Shown here in pieces: positions 26,599 through 32,000 of a stretch of DNA of 32,000 nucleotides (the stretch's first letter is position 1; every line of letters starts with the position of its first letter). The notes under the pieces are model-generated. The model was not told the origin of the DNA. It ran no database searches and was given only the letters and a program-made list of their open reading frames with translations. The position numbers and the translations under genes are program-made. Origin of the DNA: Ktedonobacterales bacterium (GTDB lineage Bacteria > Chloroflexota > Ktedonobacteria > Ktedonobacterales > JADMIN01); NCBI GenBank assembly GCA_030167145.1, contig CP126532.1, positions 3,990,001 to 4,022,000 on the forward strand, given 5' to 3'.

Positions 26599-27226
26599 AT
26601 ATCGCTGTACGTGCTTTTGTGAAATCGTGCTCCGTGACCACCGTGCCGATAACCTCGGCGATCTTGGCTCCACCCTGCGCCGACGGTTCGATGGGATTCG
26701 CATAGTCCGCTGGCGTCGTGCAGATCAAGCGCAGATCCAGCACTGGCAGTCCCGCCTCGCCCGCCACCCGCAAGATCACGTCGTTGAACGCCGTCAGCCC
26801 AGCGACCGCCAGCCGCTGTATGCCTGGGTCGGGAAACGCTGGATAGTAAATCGTACAGAGCGCCACCGGCAGCCTGCGCCGCAATACCGCCTCAACCATA
26901 CGGCGGTATTCGACCTCGAATGCCTCGCCCAGCGCCGATACTCGCTCGAACACCTCGGCTACACTCCGCGCGCTCTCCGCCAGCATATCGGTGTGCTCCA
27001 GCGCATCGTTGCCGCCTACGCTCACAACAATATGGCTGGCGTCATCGGGCATGCGCGCAAGCTGGCCGGGCACGTCGCTCATCACGCTGCCATCCACTGC
27101 CAGCAGCGTCGCCTTCCAGTCGTGTGGCAGCCGCTCCCGCACCTGCGCGATCACCGGCGGCTCATCCGGCGCGATATATGCGTGGTTGTCGAAGATGGAA
27201 TCGCCTAGCAGCGCCACATGCCCCAT
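26576..27226 (-). CDS. SGNH/GDSL-family hydrolase
   Basis: 216 aa. Block I is VALLGDSIFDN (GDS). The product also has SVGGNDAL and a C-terminal D..H-type region. GGGAGG lies 7 nt upstream of ATG 27226. The 3' end overlaps the convergent kinase gene by 23 nt. Confidence 0.85.
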   Translation of the reverse strand: MGHVALLGDSIFDNHAYIAPDEPPVIAQVRERLPHDWKATLLAVDGSVMSDVPGQLARMPDDASHIVVSVGGNDALEHTDMLAESARSVAEVFERVSALGEAFEVEYRRMVEAVLRRRLPVALCTIYYPAFPDPGIQRLAVAGLTAFNDVILRVAGEAGLPVLDLRLICTTPADYANPIEPSAQGGAKIAEVIGTVVTEHDFTKARTAIFIYRRAG

Positions 27227-27250
27227 ACCACCGCCTCCCGTCGCTACCCC

Positions 27251-28120
27251 TTACTCCACGAAATCCACCGGAACCTCATTCGCAATCACGCCCTGCTCCG
27301 CCGCGCGCTTCAAGAACAGCCGTATGCTCTCTTGCCCGCGCGGCCCCATATCCAGCGTCCAGTCGTTGACATACATGCCTACGAACTGGTCCGCCGTCGC
27401 CGTTTCCAGCCCGCGCGCATACTGCATCGCATGCGCCAGCGCGGGCGCGCGATGCTCCAGCCCGTAGGCGATGCTCGCCTTCAACACGCGCGAGAGCGCT
27501 GCCATCGTTTCCGCGCCCAGGTCGCGCCGCACGGCGTTCACCCCCAGCGGCAGCGGCAGCCCGTTCGTTTCCGCATGCCACCACTTGCCCAGGTCTATCA
27601 CCTCGTACAGCCCGTACTGCCCATGCGTCAGTTGCCCCTCGTGAATCAACAATCCGGCGTCAGCCTTGCCCGCGTTCACATATGGCATGATCTCATCGAA
27701 CGGCACCACATCGTACTCAAAATCCCCCAGGAAGAGCCGCAGCGCCAGAAACGCGCTGGTCATCGTCCCGGGAATCGCGATCTTCTTGCCTTTCAGCCAT
27801 TCTGTGCCCTGCGGCTCGCGTGCCACCACCATCGGCCCATAGTTGTCACCCATGCTCGCGCCATGCGTCAGAATCGCGTATTTGTCCGCCACATAGGCAT
27901 AGGCATGTACCGAGATCGCCGTTATCTCCAGCCGTCCCTCGCGCGCCCACTCGTTCAGCGTCTGGATGTCGCGCAGCACATGTTCGAAAACGAATCCCTC
28001 AGCATCTACCTTGTGTTCCGCCAGACCATAGAACATGAAAGCATCGTCGGAATCCGGGCTATGACCCAGCCGCATGACGTGCGTCGTATCACCCTGAGTA
28101 GCGGAAGTGCTCATCGTCAA
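27251..28120 (-). CDS. MqnA/MqnD/SBP-family protein (futalosine-pathway-type, periplasmic-binding-protein fold)
   Basis: 289 aa. It has RLGHSPDSDDAFMFYGL near the N-terminus, then ITAISVHAYAYV, IAIPGTMTSAFLALRL and LLIHEGQLT, as in the COG2107/MqnD-like family. The listed start is TTG 28120. ATG 28114 or ATG 28075 are alternatives. Confidence 0.75.
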   Translation of the reverse strand: MTMSTSATQGDTTHVMRLGHSPDSDDAFMFYGLAEHKVDAEGFVFEHVLRDIQTLNEWAREGRLEITAISVHAYAYVADKYAILTHGASMGDNYGPMVVAREPQGTEWLKGKKIAIPGTMTSAFLALRLFLGDFEYDVVPFDEIMPYVNAGKADAGLLIHEGQLTHGQYGLYEVIDLGKWWHAETNGLPLPLGVNAVRRDLGAETMAALSRVLKASIAYGLEHRAPALAHAMQYARGLETATADQFVGMYVNDWTLDMGPRGQESIRLFLKRAAEQGVIANEVPVDFVE

Positions 28121-28301
28121 TTTCTATCCTCTCGCGCGGCGCGCTATACAGAAGGAACTAGCTCCAACCGGAGATTGTAGCGCGACCACCTCGCGCGGGC
28201 CAATTTCGCGCAGCGCGGTTGTCCACCAATTCTTCCTATGTGGTGTTACTGTCATCCCTCACTCATGTTACCCTTGCATCAGAAGCTCTACAAAAGATTG
28301 C

Positions 28302-28474
28302 GGAGCAGGAGGAGTTAGAGAAAGGAGAGGAGGCAAGAGGGATCCGCAAGGAAGAAGCGGAGGTCAGAGGAGAGGAGGAGAGGACAAGGAAGAAGGGAAC
28401 GCGGGAGAGGAAGCAGAGGAAGCAGAGGAAGCAGAGGAAGCGGTAAGGATGAGGAAGTAGAGGAAGGAGGGAGG
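28302..28474. repeat. 173-nt polypurine (plus strand) / polypyrimidine tract, GGA- and GGAGG-rich
   Basis: By hand count, 21 pyrimidines in 173 nt on the plus strand (about 88% purine) and about two dozen GGA triplets. It lies in the divergent intergenic region between 28120 (minus gene) and 28593 (plus gene). Confidence 0.9.
28406..28441. repeat. perfect 4x tandem repeat of the 9-bp unit AGAGGAAGC
   Basis: Read directly: agaggaagc at 28406-28414, 28415-28423, 28424-28432 and 28433-28441. Confidence 0.95.
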
Positions 28475-28592
28475 TTTCGTAGTCGCGTTGGCACAGGATG
28501 CGATTGAAGTGACCGATGACGTGGAGCGACACCATTGACCCCATCCAACGGCATTGGATGGAGCCGCCATCAAAGAGGATGGAGGGAACCGA

Positions 28593-30005
28593 ATGCGACA
28601 TTCCGAGACAATGCGTGCCTCAACTCTGGAACATGCATATTCGCCAGCGCCCCGCTCTAGGGCATCGCAACGTAACAGCAAACGGCGGCATCGCCTTGCC
28701 GTCTTCATTGGTTTCATGGCCAGCGTGCTATTGATATTGGCTGCGGCGGCTGGTGGCATTCTCGTCACGCATCCACAGCTTTTCACGCACGCTGAGCAGA
28801 TCAACCAGGATTGCGTGCTGATTGTACCCGATCAGCCGCTCACCGCCAAAGGACTGGCGACACCGTATCAACTCACTGCCAGAACCGCCACAACTGGGAC
28901 ATGCCATGAGGCAAACGGCATCCAGGCGGCATTCGTTCAGGGCGCGATTCTTGATCCGACTACCGGCAAGATTTCGATCTATAACCCATTGGTGGTGGAT
29001 AAGGGCGCCACTCCGGCCATTGCGCCCGCCGCGCCCACATTGCCCACAGGCGCGATTGTGGCGCTGTGGTTCGGCTTCAACGGAGAGACACTCCATCTGC
29101 GCAAAGCGCGGGGCAACACACTGCTGCGTGGTGCGCGGGACAACACGCTGCAATCCGCCAACTGCGTCAACGGGCTGAATGGCTCGCCTTTCGGGCAGAT
29201 GGCCTATTGCAACGCCTCGCGGTTCTTCCAGGCTGCCAATCGGTTGATACGCGCTGGCAAAATGACGCCGCCCGCACTGGGTACAGCCAAAGACGGCCAG
29301 ACCTGCCCCACAGTGCGCGACTTCGCCATCGTAGACCAGGACCAGAGCGATAACGTGACCACGACGTACCTGATTACCAGCGATGGCCAGATGGCGCAGA
29401 ATACCGCCGCGAACATGGCAGCGCTTGCCGGAAAGTCCCCACATGTTCTCGCCAACGGCAGCGACAACCGTCTGCTTTCGGTCGCGGTAGATTCCGCGCT
29501 GGGGTGTACTCCGTGGTCCGCACCCGACCTCGCCGATGCTGGCGCCCTGGCGTCCGCGTTGCCGCTCAACGAGTTGCAGGCGGCAGCCCACCAGCCCGCG
29601 CCCGTCGCCACCGTGCCCAGCGCCGATCCGATGGTGCTGCGCAACGGCAAACCAGATCTGGCGAAGCAGAATCTCTATCGCGTCGGTGTGGATCAAGCGC
29701 CCGTGGCCTCTGTGGGCCAGGCGGCGGCGCAACTACGCGCGTACTGCCAGAATCTGTATCGTATCGGACCAGTCCGCCTGCTGAAAGATCAGGCGTATCT
29801 TGTCAGCGAGCCATCGCTCGATTCTGGTGTCGCCAACAATCTGTTCACCTTTTTGGCGCAGCGCTTCGTCTTCACCTTCGGCCAGCAGGGATTGGGATGT
29901 GCTGACCGGTTCCAATTGCAAGATCCGGTCACCCTGCATCAGGACGCCGATGGAGTGACGATTGACGCGACGATCAGCTATCCCTCGCCGCCAACCGGCG
30001 CATAG
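28593..30005 (+). CDS. hypothetical signal-anchored extracytoplasmic protein with 8 Cys, no family recognised
   Basis: ORF 28554..30005. The preferred start is ATG 28593, with GGAGGG 6 nt upstream. The N-terminus is basic (SQRNSKRRHR), followed by the TM segment LAVFIGFMASVLLILAAAAGGILV and a ~420-aa domain with 8 spaced cysteines. GC3 is coding-like. Confidence 0.75.
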   Translation: MRHSETMRASTLEHAYSPAPRSRASQRNSKRRHRLAVFIGFMASVLLILAAAAGGILVTHPQLFTHAEQINQDCVLIVPDQPLTAKGLATPYQLTARTATTGTCHEANGIQAAFVQGAILDPTTGKISIYNPLVVDKGATPAIAPAAPTLPTGAIVALWFGFNGETLHLRKARGNTLLRGARDNTLQSANCVNGLNGSPFGQMAYCNASRFFQAANRLIRAGKMTPPALGTAKDGQTCPTVRDFAIVDQDQSDNVTTTYLITSDGQMAQNTAANMAALAGKSPHVLANGSDNRLLSVAVDSALGCTPWSAPDLADAGALASALPLNELQAAAHQPAPVATVPSADPMVLRNGKPDLAKQNLYRVGVDQAPVASVGQAAAQLRAYCQNLYRIGPVRLLKDQAYLVSEPSLDSGVANNLFTFLAQRFVFTFGQQGLGCADRFQLQDPVTLHQDADGVTIDATISYPSPPTGA

Positions 30006-30098
30006 CTGAATTGGGATACGCGATAGCTGTTGTTGTCTGTCTGCGCCGCTCCGCCAGCGATAGGGATCCCAGACATACAGGGATGGAGGTGGGGACCG

Positions 30099-30431
30099 AT
30101 GCTCACGCGGTTTCCCAGGATGATGGCGTGGCTCGTAACACTGCTCGTGATCGGGCTGGCCACCAGCGCCACCATACTTGGGATCCATACGCTTAGCCTG
30201 TCGCAGGCCGCGCAACGCCACCATGCTCATGGTGTAGTCGTCGCGATCAAGGGAGATGACCGCTTTGCCCTCAAGGTGGCCGGGCATCCGAGTGTTGAGT
30301 GGTTTCGCCCAGCACCCGGCGCGCCCATCTCGATGGCGCATCTATGGCGGCATCTGCACGAAGGCGCGGCAACCGATGTGACATATCAGATGGCTGGGTC
30401 GGGGATGATGCTGGCATGGAGCGCCGATTGA
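30099..30431 (+). CDS. small hypothetical membrane-anchored His-rich protein
   Basis: ORF 30030..30431. The preferred start is ATG 30099, with GGAGGTGG just upstream. The product is MLTRFPRMMAWLVTLLVIGLATSATILGI (TM) followed by a ~80-aa domain containing RHHAHG, GHP and AHLWRHLHEG. Confidence 0.6.
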   Translation: MLTRFPRMMAWLVTLLVIGLATSATILGIHTLSLSQAAQRHHAHGVVVAIKGDDRFALKVAGHPSVEWFRPAPGAPISMAHLWRHLHEGAATDVTYQMAGSGMMLAWSAD

Positions 30432-30508
30432 CGCCGCCAAAGCGGCGCGGATAGCAACAGCGGCGATACGAGCGACAACACGAGAGTAGCTAGCGAGGAG
30501 GTATGCGG

Positions 30509-32000
30509 ATGATGCGCTTCCAGCGCAATCGCCAGAACGCGAGCAAACCGCATGCGAGCGTGCCCGTGCCAGATTTCGATTATCTGAGCACGTTCAAGGT
30601 GCCCGCGCCCGACACCACCGGCACGGCTTCGAGAGTCCGCTCAGGCGGAACGTCAATTGCCGAGCAGGTGATGCAGCGCGGCCACGCGCAGATCGTCGTC
30701 GTCGGAAATGGCATCGCTGGCTGTGCCGCCGCGATGGAGGCACGGCAGTACGCGCCTGATGCCGAGATTGTAATCGTCACCGAACAGAGCCATCCGACCA
30801 TCAATACGCCTGCGCTCAAGCAATTTGGCGCTGGCTATTTGGAACTGGCGCAGCTCCTCGCGCAGCCACCGGATACCGAGCGTCGCTTAGGTATTGGCGT
30901 CATTCACGAGCATGTCGAGCAACTCGATGCCCGTACGCGCCGTGTGATGTTGCTCAGCGGCCAGCAGATCACCTATGATCGTCTGCTGCTTGCGACCGGC
31001 TCGCGGCCAGTCGGCCTGGGGGCGCTGCCCGGCGCGGACTTCGATGGTGTGATGACCCTGCACACGCTCAGCCAGTATCTGGATCTGCGCCGGCGGCTGC
31101 CCGGCGTGTCGCGAGCCATCGTCATCGGAGGCGGCTACCATGCCGCCGAGAGTGCGCTCCTGCTCCGCCACGCTGGTATCGCCACCACGTTGTTAGTGCG
31201 CGGGCGCTGTCTCGTCTCCAGCTTGCTCGATCTGCCTGCCGCTGACCTGCTCCGCCAGCATCTTCAACGGCAAGGCGTGGAGGTGCGGCTGGAGACCGAG
31301 GTGGCCGGTGTGGTAGGGCGCATGGGTGTTGCTGCTGGCGTCTTGACCACGGAAGGCGCGTTTCTCCCTGGCCAGCTCATCATCGTCGCCATTGGCGTTC
31401 AGCCGGATGTTCGGCTGGCGCGTGGGGGCGGCATGGGGGCAGACATTGGCAAGGGAGTGCGCGCCTATCGGCAAATGCAAACCGAAGTAGCGAGTGTCTA
31501 TGCGGCAGGCGCCGTGGCGCGCGTGCGCGACCCGCAGACCGGCGGATGGGAGTCGCGGGCGCAGTGGTATTTCGCGTTCCAGCAGGGCCGGCTGGCGGGC
31601 GCCGCGCTGGCGGGCGCGAGGATTCCCGCTGGCTCCGAATCGGGAGCGATGGGCGCATTCTGGCATGCCACCCAGTTCGGCAAGCTGAGTATTCTGGCGG
31701 CAGGCGCGCCCACCCTCAGCGACCGCGAGCATCGCGACTACGAAGTGCTCACCAATGGCTCGGCCAGCTTCTATCGCCGTCTCGTGCTGCGCGATCACCG
31801 CGTCGTCGGTTACCTCGCCGTGGGGGCGAACCCGCCCGCTGGTCTCGCCATCAAGCGCATCATTGATGAGCAAATGGATGTGCGCGAGGTAACACGCCAG
31901 CTTTTGGGTGAGTCGTTCGACGCGCGTGCGTTCTTCACACGGCAGCAGTTGAACGTCCTGCAAACGGGCGGCAGCGCCGCTCACATGTCCGCGCCAGCCG
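30509..32000 (+). CDS. FAD/NAD(P)-dependent pyridine-nucleotide-disulfide-family oxidoreductase (3' end runs off the window)
   Basis: Absent from the ORF track because there is no stop in the window. Hand translation from ATG 30509 (GAGGAGG 7 nt upstream) gives MMRFQRNRQN..., IVVVGNGIAGCAAA (FAD GxGxxG), LLLATGSRP, AIVIGGGYHAAESA (NAD(P) fold) and VYAAGAVARV. The C-terminal part is a Reductase_C-like region. The frame is open to base 32000. Confidence 0.85.
   Translation, partial: MMRFQRNRQNASKPHASVPVPDFDYLSTFKVPAPDTTGTASRVRSGGTSIAEQVMQRGHAQIVVVGNGIAGCAAAMEARQYAPDAEIVIVTEQSHPTINTPALKQFGAGYLELAQLLAQPPDTERRLGIGVIHEHVEQLDARTRRVMLLSGQQITYDRLLLATGSRPVGLGALPGADFDGVMTLHTLSQYLDLRRRLPGVSRAIVIGGGYHAAESALLLRHAGIATTLLVRGRCLVSSLLDLPAADLLRQHLQRQGVEVRLETEVAGVVGRMGVAAGVLTTEGAFLPGQLIIVAIGVQPDVRLARGGGMGADIGKGVRAYRQMQTEVASVYAAGAVARVRDPQTGGWESRAQWYFAFQQGRLAGAALAGARIPAGSESGAMGAFWHATQFGKLSILAAGAPTLSDREHRDYEVLTNGSASFYRRLVLRDHRVVGYLAVGANPPAGLAIKRIIDEQMDVREVTRQLLGESFDARAFFTRQQLNVLQTGGSAAHMSAPA

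Noticed and set aside
26011-28180. Long ORFs antisense to the kinase, SGNH and mqnD-like genes (26011..26703 minus, 26195..27208 plus, 27218..28180 plus)
   Set aside because: These are typical high-GC antisense open frames. Their composition is Arg/Gln/His-rich and they lack RBSs and motifs. The opposite-strand genes have clear family signatures.
28107-28804. ORFs crossing the polypurine tract (28107..28460, 28219..28446 plus; 28263..28601, 28315..28554, 28364..28804 minus)
   Set aside because: They are open only because the sequence is low-complexity. The products are E/K/R- or S/L/P-rich, use rare AGA/AGG codons, and have TTG or unsupported starts. I keep the tract as a non-coding repeat but flag translation as something to test.
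30580-31984. Minus-strand ORFs 30580..30819, 30887..31171 and 31193..31984
   Set aside because: They are antisense to the unlisted plus-strand FAD oxidoreductase frame, which carries the GxGxxG, ATG and GGGxxxxE motifs and is open from 30509 to the window end.
1-32000. Searched for CRISPR arrays, rRNA, intact IS/transposase or integrase genes, and selenocysteine (in-frame TGA) in the radical SAM gene
   Set aside because: I saw no regularly spaced direct repeats, rRNA-like sequence, transposase or integrase motifs, or terminal inverted repeats. The radical SAM frame is uninterrupted.

Overview
The window is high-GC bacterial chromosomal DNA with strong GGAGG-type ribosome-binding sites. TTG and GTG starts are frequent, and most listed antisense or off-frame ORFs are Arg/Trp/His-rich artefacts. 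Gene content (Pro-rich DUF4190 and Yip1 membrane proteins, an HTH-cyclase fusion, a Ser/Thr kinase, a GT87-like GT-C) suggests a Chloroflexota (Ktedonobacteria-like) or actinobacteria-like host. That taxonomic call is inference only. I call 26 protein genes, one tRNA-His(GUG) and several repeats. Two of the genes run off the window edges and are missing from the ORF track.

From left to right, the genes are:
- a Yip1-type membrane protein
- an HTH_XRE/class III nucleotide cyclase
- a divergent MFS transporter and beta-glucuronidase pair
- a poorly explained ~1 kb stretch
- a COG4705-type membrane protein
- a RelE/ParE toxin-antitoxin pair beside tRNA-His
- a YhhN lysoplasmalogenase
- a DUF4190 protein
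- two convergent ClC-CBS channels
- a Ser/Thr kinase and an orphan receiver
- a six-protein minus-strand operon
- a divergent OmpR/HisK pair
- an SGNH hydrolase and an MqnA/MqnD-like protein
- a striking 173-nt polypurine GGA-rich tract
- an unknown exported Cys-rich protein, a small His-rich membrane protein and a partial FAD oxidoreductase

The best candidate for an undescribed system is the 17143-24228 operon. It holds a GT2-DUF2064 fusion, a GT-C membrane transferase, a radical SAM enzyme with a truncated SPASM domain, a membrane-tethered molybdoenzyme and an aminotransferase. The second candidate is the polypurine tract together with the unknown trio downstream of it. I found no CRISPR array, rRNA, intact mobile element or recognisable riboswitch.
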